From positions 21,579 to 85,578 of the forward strand of contig CALVKI010000010.1 of the NCBI GenBank assembly GCA_944332635.1: a stretch of 64,000 bases of DNA, in the 5' to 3' direction. A program made the translations under genes and the position numbers. Positions 10,423 to 20,894 of this stretch are shown one piece after another. The stretch is from an uncultured Bacilli bacterium. GTDB lineage: Bacteria; Bacillota_I; Bacilli_A; RF39; UBA660. Each line of letters starts with the position of its first letter. The first letter of the stretch is position 1. The notes beneath the pieces are model-generated. The model made no database searches, was not told where the DNA came from, and saw only the letters and a program-made list of their open reading frames with translations.

Positions 10423-11178
10423 ATGAAAGTAAAAACAATTGCTAGTGGATCAAAAGGAAATTGTTCAATAGTATTATGTGAGAATACAAGTATAATTATA
10501 GATATGGGAATTTCCTACTTGACTCTGAAAAGGAGTTTAGAAGAAAATTCCCTTTCTTTTGAACAATTTTCTGGTATTTTAATTACACATAGTCATAAGG
10601 ATCATATAAACGGATTAAAATCAGCTATAAATCATACAAATTTGGCTGTCTATATACCAGAAAAGATGTATGAGGAATTAGAAGAGATAGTACCGAGATA
10701 TCGTTGTATATTTATACAAGATAAATTTGCAATACAAGATGTGGAAATAGAATTAATTCACACCTCACATGATACAAATTGCTCTGTTGGATATATAATA
10801 TCTTACAACAATAAATCACTTGTTTATGTAACAGATACCGGTTATATAAACAGAAAATATTTAGCAAAAATGACAGGAAAAGACATCTATATTATAGAAG
10901 CGAATCATGATGAAGTAATGTTAATGGATGGACCATACCCCCGATTCTTAAAGGAAAGAGTAATTAGTGATAAAGGACATTTATCCAATAAAACAACAGC
11001 TAAATATCTAAAGAAAATAATTGGAAAAAATACTAAATATATAGTATTAGCCCATCTAAGCGAAAAAAATAATACAGAAGACAAAGCATTAGAAGCAGTT
11101 TGCGAAGAGTTGGGAGATACAAAAATACAGATACTAATTGCTAGACAGTCAGAAGAAAGTCCAATGTTAGAGGTGTAA
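10423..11178 (+). CDS. MBL-fold metallo-hydrolase (YycJ/WalJ-like)
   Basis: Has the metal-binding motif HSHKDH. It is adjacent to rlmH, as in the Bacillus yycJ-yydA arrangement. Confidence 0.7.
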   Translation: MKVKTIASGSKGNCSIVLCENTSIIIDMGISYLTLKRSLEENSLSFEQFSGILITHSHKDHINGLKSAINHTNLAVYIPEKMYEELEEIVPRYRCIFIQDKFAIQDVEIELIHTSHDTNCSVGYIISYNNKSLVYVTDTGYINRKYLAKMTGKDIYIIEANHDEVMLMDGPYPRFLKERVISDKGHLSNKTTAKYLKKIIGKNTKYIVLAHLSEKNNTEDKALEAVCEELGDTKIQILIARQSEESPMLEV

Positions 11179-11179
11179 T

Positions 11180-11635
11180 ATGATAAAAATAATTGCTGTA
11201 GGAGCATTAAAAGAAAAATATTTAAAAGAAGCTGTAGAAGAATATCAAAAAAGAATAAGAAAATATACGGATATAGAAATAATTGAGATAAAAGATGAAG
11301 GACTATTACCACCTATCCAAGCAATGGAAAAAGAATCAGAAAAAATAAAAAAACATATATCCGAAAAAGAGTATATAATTACTTTAGAAATTGATGGCAA
11401 ACAATTTACTTCAGAAGAATTTTCAAAGAAAATAGAAGATATACAAATGATTAATAGTAATATTACATTTATTATAGGTGGAAGTTATGGAATTGATCAA
11501 AGTATAAAAGAAAAAACAAAAATGCATCTTTCTTTTTCCAAAATGACTTTTCCGCACCAACTATTTAGAGTGTTATTACTAGAACAAATATATAGAGCAT
11601 TTAAAATAATGAATAACGAAAGTTATCATAAATAG
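11180..11635 (+). CDS. rlmH: 23S rRNA (pseudouridine1915-N3)-methyltransferase RlmH
   Basis: 151 aa of the SPOUT family, beginning MIKIIAVGALKEKYLKEAVEEYQKRI. Confidence 0.85.
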   Translation: MIKIIAVGALKEKYLKEAVEEYQKRIRKYTDIEIIEIKDEGLLPPIQAMEKESEKIKKHISEKEYIITLEIDGKQFTSEEFSKKIEDIQMINSNITFIIGGSYGIDQSIKEKTKMHLSFSKMTFPHQLFRVLLLEQIYRAFKIMNNESYHK

Positions 11636-11645
11636 AGGTAGAAAT

Positions 11646-12203
11646 ATGAAGTATCTTAAAGTAATGGATAATATCCAATCAAATGCTAACCCAAAAGTAG
11701 TTTATAAAATTAATGAAGTAAATGTTGCACAAAATTGGAATAAAAATGCCACAACACCAGAGAAAATGGGAGGTTTTAACTTTTCCACAGAAGACAAAAT
11801 TTTAAGATGGTTACTAAGAGGAAATACCATTTATGAGGTAATAATTCCAGAAGGGGCAGAAGTAATTGAATGTGAGTCACCTTCTGCTCCACATGGAGTA
11901 TTTAGAACTAATAAAATAATAATAAAAAATCCAAAAGAAATAACAGACGATGTAGCTCTAGATTTGTATAAAAAATCTGATTTACCATGGAAGTCTTATA
12001 TTCAAATATTATCTTATCTAGCTGCATCTAATTACAAAAATACATCATATAAAATAGTAGAAGAAAAAATAAATCAGATTAATGCTACAGAAGCATTAGA
12101 AATATATGATACTTTTCTAAAAAGAAAAATGGATCCAATGCCGGAACTTTATTTAGAAGTAAAAGAAAAAATAAAGAGCTTGCAAAATGAGAAAGAGGGA
12201 TAA
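11646..12203 (+). CDS. Hypothetical protein
   Basis: 185-aa ORF with an RBS. No family was recognised. Confidence 0.4.
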   Translation: MKYLKVMDNIQSNANPKVVYKINEVNVAQNWNKNATTPEKMGGFNFSTEDKILRWLLRGNTIYEVIIPEGAEVIECESPSAPHGVFRTNKIIIKNPKEITDDVALDLYKKSDLPWKSYIQILSYLAASNYKNTSYKIVEEKINQINATEALEIYDTFLKRKMDPMPELYLEVKEKIKSLQNEKEG

Positions 12204-12204
12204 A

Positions 12205-12867
12205 ATGATAGGCAATAACTGGGATGAATTATTAAAGCAAGAATATCAAAAGGAATACTTTAAAAACCTAATGGACTTTATTAAAGAAGAATATAAAATA
12301 AAAACTGTATATCCTAAACAAAGTGATGTTTTTAATGCCTTCCGTTATACAGATTTTGACAATGTAAAAGTTGTAATACTAGGGCAAGACCCATATCATG
12401 GACCAAATCAAGCAGAAGGATTATCTTTCTCAGTAAGTAACGAAGTATTAAAACCCCCATCATTAAAGAACATTTTTAAAGAACTAGAAAGTGATTTGGG
12501 AATCTTATTTCCAGAACATAACTCACTTAAGCCCTGGGCAAAAGAAGGTGTGCTACTATTAAATGCTGTATTAACAGTAGAAGCACACACACCAACATCA
12601 CATAAAAATCATGGCTGGGAACAATTTACGGATCAAGTGATAGAAATAATTAATAAAAAAACAACACCAGTAGTATTTATTCTCTGGGGCAGCTATGCTA
12701 GAGCAAAAAAGAAACTAATTACAAATCCTATTCATTATGTAATAGAGTCAGCTCATCCATCTCCATTTTCCGCATACAACGGATTTTTTGGTAGTAAACC
12801 ATTTTCTAAAACAAATAATTTTCTAAAAAGTAAAGGATTAAAACCAATTAATTGGAGAGTAGAGTAA
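12205..12867 (+). CDS. ung: Uracil-DNA glycosylase (family 1)
   Basis: Has the motifs GQDPYHGPNQA and HPSPFSA. The ATG at 12205 has an RBS AGAGGGA. The ORF-track start at 12187 overlaps the upstream gene. Confidence 0.9.
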   Translation: MIGNNWDELLKQEYQKEYFKNLMDFIKEEYKIKTVYPKQSDVFNAFRYTDFDNVKVVILGQDPYHGPNQAEGLSFSVSNEVLKPPSLKNIFKELESDLGILFPEHNSLKPWAKEGVLLLNAVLTVEAHTPTSHKNHGWEQFTDQVIEIINKKTTPVVFILWGSYARAKKKLITNPIHYVIESAHPSPFSAYNGFFGSKPFSKTNNFLKSKGLKPINWRVE

Positions 12868-12918
12868 ATGTTTGTTTTCAAAAAAATAGAATTATTCAAG
12901 ATAATTCATCACAAAAAT

Positions 12919-12942
12919 AAGGAAGTTATAAACAACTTCCTT
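12919..12942. terminator. Bidirectional rho-independent terminator between ung and pta
   Basis: Stem AAGGAAGTT / AACTTCCTT with a 6-nt loop and T-rich flanks on both strands. Confidence 0.6.
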
Positions 12943-13938
12943 TTATTTATTTTGTGCTTGAACAGCAGTAATAGCAACTACTCCAACAATATCATCTGCA
13001 GAGCATCCTCTTGATAAATCATTGACAGGAGCAGCGATTCCCTGCGTAACAGGACCATAAGCTTCTGCTTTTGCAAGTCTTTGTACTAATTTATATCCAA
13101 TATTTCCAGCATCTAAATCTGGAAATACTAATACATTAGCATGTCCAGCAACTTTACTGTTAGGAGCTTTAGAAGCAGCTACTTCTGGAACAATAGCAGC
13201 ATCTAATTGTAATTCTCCATCGATTTTATATTGTGGATAATTTTCTTTTGCGATTTTTACTGCCTCAACAACTTTATCAACATCAGGATGAGAAGCACTT
13301 CCCATAGTAGAATGAGACAACATTGCAACGATAGGTTCTTTTTGTACTAATAATTCGAATGTTTCAGCGCTAGAAGCAGCAATTGCAGCTAATCTCTCAG
13401 GAGTAGGATTTTGTTCTAAACCACTATCAGCAAAGATAAAAGTTCCATGCTCTCCATAATTACAATCTGGAACAACAATTAAGAAAAAGGCTGAAACTAA
13501 CATCGTCCCTGGTTTTGTCTTTATAATTTGTAAAGCTGGTCTTAACGTATTAGCAGTAGAATGACAAGCACCACTAACAACACCATCAGCTCTACCAGTT
13601 TTAACCAACATACATGCGTAATACATATAATCTTCTAATAATAATTTTTTAGCCTCTTCATGTGTAAGACCTTTATTTTTACGTATTTCTACTAATTTTT
13701 CAATTAATTCATCAGTTAAAGGAGAAGTAAATGGATTAATAATAGTAGCTTTATTAATATCAAAACCTTTACTACTTTCTTCTATTTCTTCATCTCTACC
13801 AATTAATATAATATCTGCTATATCATCTTTTAATATTTTTTGTGTAGCTTCCATAATACGACGATCCATCGTTTCTGGTAAAACAATTGTTTTTTTATCA
13901 CTTTTTGCTCTCTCTTTTATAGTATCAATAAATGACAT
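12943..13938 (-). CDS. pta: Phosphate acetyltransferase
   Basis: 331 aa beginning MSFIDTIKERAKSDKKTIVLPE, with Pta/PTA_PTB family signatures. Confidence 0.9.
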   Translation of the reverse strand: MSFIDTIKERAKSDKKTIVLPETMDRRIMEATQKILKDDIADIILIGRDEEIEESSKGFDINKATIINPFTSPLTDELIEKLVEIRKNKGLTHEEAKKLLLEDYMYYACMLVKTGRADGVVSGACHSTANTLRPALQIIKTKPGTMLVSAFFLIVVPDCNYGEHGTFIFADSGLEQNPTPERLAAIAASSAETFELLVQKEPIVAMLSHSTMGSASHPDVDKVVEAVKIAKENYPQYKIDGELQLDAAIVPEVAASKAPNSKVAGHANVLVFPDLDAGNIGYKLVQRLAKAEAYGPVTQGIAAPVNDLSRGCSADDIVGVVAITAVQAQNK

Positions 13939-13952
13939 ACTAAACCTTCTTT

Positions 13953-14489
13953 CTAATTATCTTTTAAAATTTCATAGATTTCTCTTTTTTCATGATTATA
14001 AAACTCTTTTCTTCTATATCCAAAAAATAATCGAATAATATTAGATGGAAAAGATACAATAAGTTGATTAAAGGTAACAACCGTATCATTATAAAACTTA
14101 ATTGAAGCAACTAGGTCAATTTCATTAGCATTTAAATCATCAATAATATGTACTAAAGACTCACTTTTAAATAGCTTTTCATTATCGTCTAAAATTTGAA
14201 ATAATTCATTATAAGACTTTTTTAATAAATCATTTAATTCAAAATGATTTAAATCAGGAACAATTTCACTATCTAATTGATCTAAAAAATCTTCCAACTT
14301 TAATTCTTTAATAATAACTTGTCTAGCTCTTTTTAGTAAATCTAATTTCCTTTGTAAAAATAAGTCGATATTATTCTCTGCTTCTTCCATTTTAACAATA
14401 GAGATACGAAATTTATTATGATATGAAATAAATATAATTCCTATCAATGCAACCACAACAATACAGCCTAAAACAACTTCTATCATCAT
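13953..14489 (-). CDS. LemA family protein
   Basis: Has an N-terminal TM helix. The C-terminal FYNDTVVTFNQLIVSFPSNIIRLFFGYRRKEFYN matches the LemA consensus. Confidence 0.65.
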   Translation of the reverse strand: MMIEVVLGCIVVVALIGIIFISYHNKFRISIVKMEEAENNIDLFLQRKLDLLKRARQVIIKELKLEDFLDQLDSEIVPDLNHFELNDLLKKSYNELFQILDDNEKLFKSESLVHIIDDLNANEIDLVASIKFYNDTVVTFNQLIVSFPSNIIRLFFGYRRKEFYNHEKREIYEILKDN

Positions 14490-14754
14490 ATCACCTCATC
14501 ATTATCATTATATCAAACAAACCCTTAAAAAGAAATATAGCAATAAATAAAACCAAAAAATTTCTTATTTTTATTTTTATAATAAGTTTTAATCTTTTCT
14601 CTACTTACTTCTATTTCTTGATCTGTCATTACTCCTTGGAATCTACTTTGTTCTGTAGAATAGATTGGTAAATCTTTAATTATTTGATCTTTAGTAAGGT
14701 GATAAACAGTAGAAGTATCTAGTTTAGTTTTGCTATCCGAATTTGTAGTATTAA

Positions 14755-16016
14755 TTAGATTACTACGTTTAGTACACTTCTCTTGTTTTTGTGAGTTCCT
14801 AACTTTTTTGGTAATTTGTTTTTTCTTTTTAAAATAGCTAACTGTAATGACTTTTTAGTAGCTAGATAATTTTCAGCAATATCCTTAAAAGAAGAAGCTA
14901 AAGAACACTCTAAATCTTTGTGAGAGATAGTAAAAGCTTTTTTAACCCCTTTTCTATAGGAAATTTCAATATCGTTAAATTTAAAAGACTTATTTAAAAT
15001 TCCTGATAATAATTCTTTTTTTATTGCAGAAAACATCATATTTAAAAATTTTTTATTTTTTAAATCCCTAGGTTTAAGACAAAAATATTCCTTTAATTGT
15101 TTCCTATCAAGTCTAGATAAATAATCAATTTTTTCATCAACAACATTAGAACTTACTAAATCAACTAATGTCATTCTTTCATCATCCTGCTTTAAAGGTA
15201 CTCTTGGTTGGTCAGCAACCATTCTTTTAAATACTTTAGAAAAAATATGATGAGTAATCTCTTCAGCTTTTTTACTATTAGCATGATTAGCAGATTCGTA
15301 TCCAATCCATCCATCAACAACCCCACTAAAAACTGGAGGATGATAAATATGTTTCTTTAAGTCGTCATCATCTTTTACTATCTCTTGTAATATTTGATAA
15401 TAGTCAGGAAGATGTTCTGAATCAGAATTAATAGTAAAGGAATTATCACAGCCGCATTTACTACAAGCATTAAATAAATATGGAATATTTTTTTCTTCAC
15501 ATTTATCTAAAAACTTTGTAGCAATTTTATGAAGATAATCTAAATCAACATTAACATATAAAATATGTTCTATATCAAAAGGTGAACGTTTAGTATTTCT
15601 ATCCTGTTCGTGAATATCAACAGAACTAGTTTGGTGACTGTTGTGAGAAATATCAAATAACGTATTTGAATATTTTGCTCTTCGTTTATATTGAAAAGCT
15701 ACAACGGCATCTTTCCATGTTGTAACATCTTTTACATTTTTAAAATATTGTTGAATTGAATATAATGAACTTGTACGAGGAATCTTTACTGTTGTTAAGT
15801 TCTTTTTCCAATAATTAAAAATTATAGTGTAAAAAGTGTTAAAATCATCACGATAATAAACATTACTTCCTTGTGAATAAACATGACCAATATTGACATT
15901 ATATTCAGAATCTAAAAATTATGTTTTGCATATGCAGTAATCAACGCATCGAAATTCTTGTAATCAAGAATTGGATTTTGAATTTTTTTATAAAATTCTT
16001 CTAAATTAGTTATCAT
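14755..16016 (-). pseudogene. Hypothetical ~420-aa protein, split by a -1 frameshift in a T5/A5 tract (plus-strand 15914-15918)
   Basis: The N-terminal frame (ATG at 16016, RBS AGGTGGA) reads MITNLEEFYKKIQNPILDYKNFDALITAYAKHNF and then stops. A second frame is open from about 15920 to 14755 and continues LDSEYNVNIGHVY...MVADQPRV. A T6 run would fuse the two frames. Confidence 0.55.
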
Positions 16017-16073
16017 AATAATCCACCTATAAATAACGCGTATATTACACCCAAAAAAAATAAAAAATGTCAA

Positions 16074-18047
16074 TTAAGTAGGCTTGACATTTTCCACTTT
16101 AGAGTCGAACACTTCCTGATCAGTACTAACAGGTTCTGTTCCCTTAATAAAATACATCATTTTTTTCTTTTTATCGCTATCTGTTGCTAAGCGTCCAGAA
16201 ATTGGTTCTACTAATACAGCAGATACATTTTTTGGCATTTCATACCATTCATCTCCAGGTGTAATATTTCGTTCGTAATACTCAATAGATTTATACCATA
16301 TATCTTGAGCATATTTATATTCGCTTGTTTTTAAAGCTTGATTATCATCATATCCAACCCAAACAGCACAAACTATATTATTGTTAAAGCCAATGTCCCA
16401 ATTATCTGTTTGAGTGGTACCACTCTTCAAAGCATATTTATGTGTAAGTTTAGGAGCAAGACCAATAGCCGTAGGGTAGTTATAATCTATATAATCACTA
16501 TCATAAGTAGCTGTTAATAAGTTATTTAAAATAAAAGTAATACTAGGATTTAATACTGCTTCTTTAGAATTTTTTGCCTCATATAAAACAGTACCATCCG
16601 AATCTTCTACTTTTTCAATAAAATGTGGAGTAACTTTGTTTCCTAAATTAGCAAATGCAGAATATCCAGCCGCCATTTCCAAAATATTAATCTCATTAGT
16701 ACCTAATGGAAGAGATGGGACATTTTCTAATTTGGAAGTAATACCGACACGCCTAGCAACATTAATTAGTGCATCACCACCTAAAAAAAGATGAGTTTTA
16801 ACTGCATAAATATTTTCTGAGTACGCAATAGCTGTACCCATAGAAATTGGTTTGTTTCCATAGGTTTTATTATAGTTTTGTGGAGTGTAATCTTCCTGAT
16901 CATTAAAAACAAAAGTAGTTTCTTCACTAGTAAAAGCGGAGCTAGAGGTAAAACCGTTCTCTAAAGCTGCATAATATAAATAGGGCTTCATAGTAGAACC
17001 CACCTGTCGAAAAGAATCTGTTGCTCGATTAAAAGCAGATTCATTATAATCTTTTCCTCCTACTAAAGACAAAACTCCACCTGTATTTGGATCCATCAAT
17101 ACAACAGATGTTTGAATTTTAGAATCTTCTGGAATAGCTTGTTTAATATTTTCTTCCACTTTTTTTTGTAAATCTAAATCTAAATTAGTATAAATTTTTA
17201 ATCCGCTAGTATCAGAATAAGATTTAGGTATACTATCTATAGATTCTAATTCATCCATAACAGCATCATGATAAAACATAACGGTAGTCAATTCATCTCT
17301 TTCCTTTTCACCAATAAATGTTAATTCTTCATTATAAGCATTTTCTTTTTCTTCTTGTGTAATAACACCATTTTCCACTAGTAAGTTTAAAATAAGTAAT
17401 TGCCTATTTTTAGCGGCTTCTAAATTGATAAGAGGAGAAAAATTTGAAGGTGATTTAGGAATGCCAGTTAATATGGTTGCTTCCGCTAAACTTAAATCTT
17501 TTGCGCTCTTTCCAAAATAGTAATTACTAGCATTTTCAATTCCATACATTCCATGTCCGTAATTAATTGTATTAAGATAGCCTTCTAATATTTCATCTTT
17601 AGAGTAAGTAGACTCAATTTTTATGGTATACCACATCTCATCCCATTTTCTTTTCCAAGTTTTATCAAAAGATAAAAACAGATTTTTTGCATACTGTTGA
17701 GTAATAGTTGAAGCTCCCTGCTTAGTAGTTCCACTAGTTAAGTTAATATAAAAAGCTTTTAGAATTCTAAGATAATCAAAACCATGATGTTTGTAAAAAT
17801 TTTTATCCTCTGTATAAATAGTAGCATCAACAACATAAGGTGAAATATCATCAAGAGATACCCATTCTTTTTCATCATTTCCTTGAAAAAAGACTTCATT
17901 ATTCTTATCGTATAGAAAAACACTATTTGTAGTATTAATAACTACCTTAGGAGAAAGTTTAACATAAAGCTGTATTCCTAAATAACAAAGAAAAATAATA
18001 ATAATAACAAAGCCAAAAACTTTTGCAAGTTTTTTTAAAATACGCAT
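16074..18047 (-). CDS. Penicillin-binding protein 1A family (bifunctional GT51 transglycosylase/transpeptidase)
   Basis: Has an N-terminal TM helix, the GT51 motifs EDKNFYKHHGFD and the transpeptidase SxxK motif GSTMKP. Confidence 0.9.
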   Translation of the reverse strand: MRILKKLAKVFGFVIIIIFLCYLGIQLYVKLSPKVVINTTNSVFLYDKNNEVFFQGNDEKEWVSLDDISPYVVDATIYTEDKNFYKHHGFDYLRILKAFYINLTSGTTKQGASTITQQYAKNLFLSFDKTWKRKWDEMWYTIKIESTYSKDEILEGYLNTINYGHGMYGIENASNYYFGKSAKDLSLAEATILTGIPKSPSNFSPLINLEAAKNRQLLILNLLVENGVITQEEKENAYNEELTFIGEKERDELTTVMFYHDAVMDELESIDSIPKSYSDTSGLKIYTNLDLDLQKKVEENIKQAIPEDSKIQTSVVLMDPNTGGVLSLVGGKDYNESAFNRATDSFRQVGSTMKPYLYYAALENGFTSSSAFTSEETTFVFNDQEDYTPQNYNKTYGNKPISMGTAIAYSENIYAVKTHLFLGGDALINVARRVGITSKLENVPSLPLGTNEINILEMAAGYSAFANLGNKVTPHFIEKVEDSDGTVLYEAKNSKEAVLNPSITFILNNLLTATYDSDYIDYNYPTAIGLAPKLTHKYALKSGTTQTDNWDIGFNNNIVCAVWVGYDDNQALKTSEYKYAQDIWYKSIEYYERNITPGDEWYEMPKNVSAVLVEPISGRLATDSDKKKKMMYFIKGTEPVSTDQEVFDSKVENVKPT

Positions 18048-18141
18048 GGAATCATTCCTTTCTTTAGTATTATCTCTACTTAGAAAAAAAATATGTATAT
18101 AACTAAAGAAATTAAAAATAATAGGAAAAATAAGACTTTTA

Positions 18142-18150
18142 TGTTATAAT
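18142..18150 (+). promoter_or_regulatory. Extended -10 promoter element TGTTATAAT upstream of the DUF1934-argS operon
   Basis: A TGnTATAAT match lies about 30 nt upstream of the start at 18180. Confidence 0.4.
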
Positions 18151-18179
18151 CTAAACTAGAAATTGAAGGGAATAAAAAT

Positions 18180-18536
18180 ATGCCAAAAATTAATGTAAAA
18201 ATAACTTTAACAACAGCAGATAAAGTTATAGAAAAAATATATAATGCTATTTTTCATCCAACCGAGCAAGAAGTTATATATCAAGAAGAAGATAAAACAA
18301 AAGTAAAAATTAATTTAAAAGAAATGAAGCTCAGGCGAGAAAATAAAGAATTGTGGATGGAGTATACATTTGAACAAAAAAAATCAACAATAGGAATAAT
18401 AAAAATAAAACAAATTAATAAAGAAATAATGCTAAAAATAAAAACAAAAAAAATTTCTAAAAAGAATAAAAACATAAAAATAGAATATCAATTAGAAGAT
18501 GAAAATTATCAATATGAATTAGAGGTGATATCATGA
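18180..18536 (+). CDS. DUF1934 (YwiB-like) protein
   Basis: 118 aa, translationally coupled to argS as in the Bacillus ywiB-argS pair. Confidence 0.55.
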   Translation: MPKINVKITLTTADKVIEKIYNAIFHPTEQEVIYQEEDKTKVKINLKEMKLRRENKELWMEYTFEQKKSTIGIIKIKQINKEIMLKIKTKKISKKNKNIKIEYQLEDENYQYELEVIS

Positions 18537-20281
18537 GTATAATAAAAAAGTTAAACACAGATTTAGAAAAATTGGTAGAGAGTGCCGGATACAGTGTAGA
18601 AAATTTAGTATTGCAGCCCTCTGGAAGAAGAGATCTAGGACAGTTCCAATTAAATGACGCCATGACATTATCAAAAATTTATAAAAAAGCTCCAAGACTG
18701 ATAGCTGAAGATATTATTAAAGTTATAGAACAAGACAACAGATTTACAAACATAAATATCGCCGGACCAGGATTTATTAATATAACATTAACAGATGAGT
18801 ATTTGGCTGAACTATTGACAGAAATCTATAATGATAATAGTTTGAATATTGATAAAAGAACAAAAAAGAAAATAGTGTTAGACTACGGAGGAGCAAACGT
18901 TGCAAAAGCGCTACATGTAGGACATTTAAGAAGTGCAAATATTGGAGAAGCCTTAAAACGTTTAGCAATATTACTTGGATATGAAGTAATAGGTGATGCT
19001 CATCTTGGTGATTATGGAAGACCATTAGGTCTTGTGGTTTTAGAAATCAAAAAAAGATATCCAAATCTTGTATATTTTGATAAAACATATACTGGAGACT
19101 TTAGTGAAGTAGAACCTCCAATTACAAATGCAGATTTAGAAGCACTATATCCATACGCATCTAATAAAGCCAAAGAAGATGCCATGTATCTAGAAGAAGC
19201 AAGGGAAATAACTTTTAAAATACAAAATCATGAAAGAGGCTATTATGATTTATGGAAAAAGGTTGTGGAAATATCAAAAAGAGACATTAAGCAAGTCTAT
19301 GATACATTAAACGTAAATTTTGAATTATGGTTAGGCGAAAGTGATGCGACAGAATATCTAAATGAATTGGATGAAATATATAAAAACAGTCATGTTTTAA
19401 CAAATAGTGAAGGTGCTCAGATAATCGAAGTAAAAGAAGAAAGTGATACTTCTCCTATGCCACCATTATTATATAAACGTTCAAATGGTACAGTATCCTA
19501 TGAAACTACGGATTTAGCAACAATATTACAACGTAAAAAAGAATTAAATCCAGATGAAATATGGTATTGTGTAGATGCAAGACAATCTTTACATTTTGAT
19601 CAGGTGTTTCGTGCAGCCAGAAAAGTAAAATTAGTAGAAGATAGAGTGGAACTAGAGCATATAGGATTTGGGACTATGAATGGTAAAGATGGAAAACCAT
19701 TTAAAACAAGAGATGGAGGTGTAATGAGTCTAAAGGGATTAATAAATTTAGTTGAGCAAGAAACAAAAAAGAAAATTAACCCAGATACAGTAGAAGAAAA
19801 CAAAAGAGAAGAAGTTGCGAAAATCGTTGCTATTGCAGCTCTAAAATATGCTGATCTTTTACCATTTAGAGGAACAGATTATATATTTGAACCAGAAAAA
19901 TTTGCAGATTTAGAAGGAAAAACAGGACCATATCTTTTATATTCCACAATTCGTATGAAATCACTTTTAAAAAAAGGTGTAAATGAAAATATAGGAAAAA
20001 TAACTAAATTTAAAACGGAAACAGAAAAAGATATTGCATTAACAATTATAAGGTTGCCAATTATTTTAAATAAAGCCTTTGATTCTAGAAGTTTAAATGA
20101 TATTACAGAATATATCTACAAATTGACATCTCTATATAACAAATTTTATACAGAAAATAAAATTTTAACTGAGGAAGATAAAGAACTAAAAGAATCTTGG
20201 TTAACATTAACAAAAATTGTCTATGATATAAACATGATGCTATTAGATGTATTGGCAATAAAAGTTCCAGAAAAAATGTAA
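18533..20281 (+). CDS. argS: Arginine--tRNA ligase
   Basis: 582 aa with a class I HIGH-type motif HVGHLRS and an anticodon-binding C-terminus. Confidence 0.9.
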   Translation: MSIIKKLNTDLEKLVESAGYSVENLVLQPSGRRDLGQFQLNDAMTLSKIYKKAPRLIAEDIIKVIEQDNRFTNINIAGPGFINITLTDEYLAELLTEIYNDNSLNIDKRTKKKIVLDYGGANVAKALHVGHLRSANIGEALKRLAILLGYEVIGDAHLGDYGRPLGLVVLEIKKRYPNLVYFDKTYTGDFSEVEPPITNADLEALYPYASNKAKEDAMYLEEAREITFKIQNHERGYYDLWKKVVEISKRDIKQVYDTLNVNFELWLGESDATEYLNELDEIYKNSHVLTNSEGAQIIEVKEESDTSPMPPLLYKRSNGTVSYETTDLATILQRKKELNPDEIWYCVDARQSLHFDQVFRAARKVKLVEDRVELEHIGFGTMNGKDGKPFKTRDGGVMSLKGLINLVEQETKKKINPDTVEENKREEVAKIVAIAALKYADLLPFRGTDYIFEPEKFADLEGKTGPYLLYSTIRMKSLLKKGVNENIGKITKFKTETEKDIALTIIRLPIILNKAFDSRSLNDITEYIYKLTSLYNKFYTENKILTEEDKELKESWLTLTKIVYDINMMLLDVLAIKVPEKM

Positions 20282-20390
20282 AAAAAGTGTTGCATGTCTA
20301 ATAGATATATGTTATAAGTTTATTGGTATTTTTTTTACCATAACAAATTTGAAATTTTAGCATATAATGTTTTGAATATAGGAGGGCATT

Positions 20391-20831
20391 ATGAGTCTTA
20401 GTAAAATGAACAAAGAAGATTTAGAATTATTGTCAAATAAAGATATCACTAACTTAATCTTAGAAGAAAGTAAAACGTCTATGAATACAGCAGAATTATT
20501 TAAAGAGATAATTAGATTATTAGAATTACCAGATAGTGTTTTTGAAACTAAAATTGGTGATTATTATACAGCACTTTCTACAGATAAAAGATTTATTTTA
20601 TTAGATGATGGAAAATGGGATTTAAGAAGTCGTCACACATCGGATAAAGTTGCAAAGATAATAGAAGAAGATGAAGAAGAAGAATCTGAAAATGAACCAG
20701 AAAAAGAAGAAATAGAAGAAATTGATGAAGACAACTATGATGATACAGAAGAAGAATACGATGAAGATGCGAATGAAGAATTAAAAGATTTAGTGGTAAT
20801 AGATGAAGATGAATTAGAACTAGAACAATAA
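20391..20831 (+). CDS. rpoE: DNA-directed RNA polymerase subunit delta
   Basis: Has an N-terminal HARE-HTH with DKRFILLDDGKWDLRS and a long acidic Glu/Asp-rich C-terminal tail. Confidence 0.8.
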   Translation: MSLSKMNKEDLELLSNKDITNLILEESKTSMNTAELFKEIIRLLELPDSVFETKIGDYYTALSTDKRFILLDDGKWDLRSRHTSDKVAKIIEEDEEEESENEPEKEEIEEIDEDNYDDTEEEYDEDANEELKDLVVIDEDELELEQ

Positions 20832-20894
20832 TCTAGTTTTTTTCTTCATGAAATTATGTTATAATACCAGTGATTACCAAGAAAGGGTGAGAAT

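Noticed and set aside
14447-14671. 74-aa plus-strand ORF in the lemA upstream region
   Set aside because: Low-complexity Ile/Phe/Asn-rich translation of AT-rich intergenic DNA with no RBS. It overlaps the lemA start.
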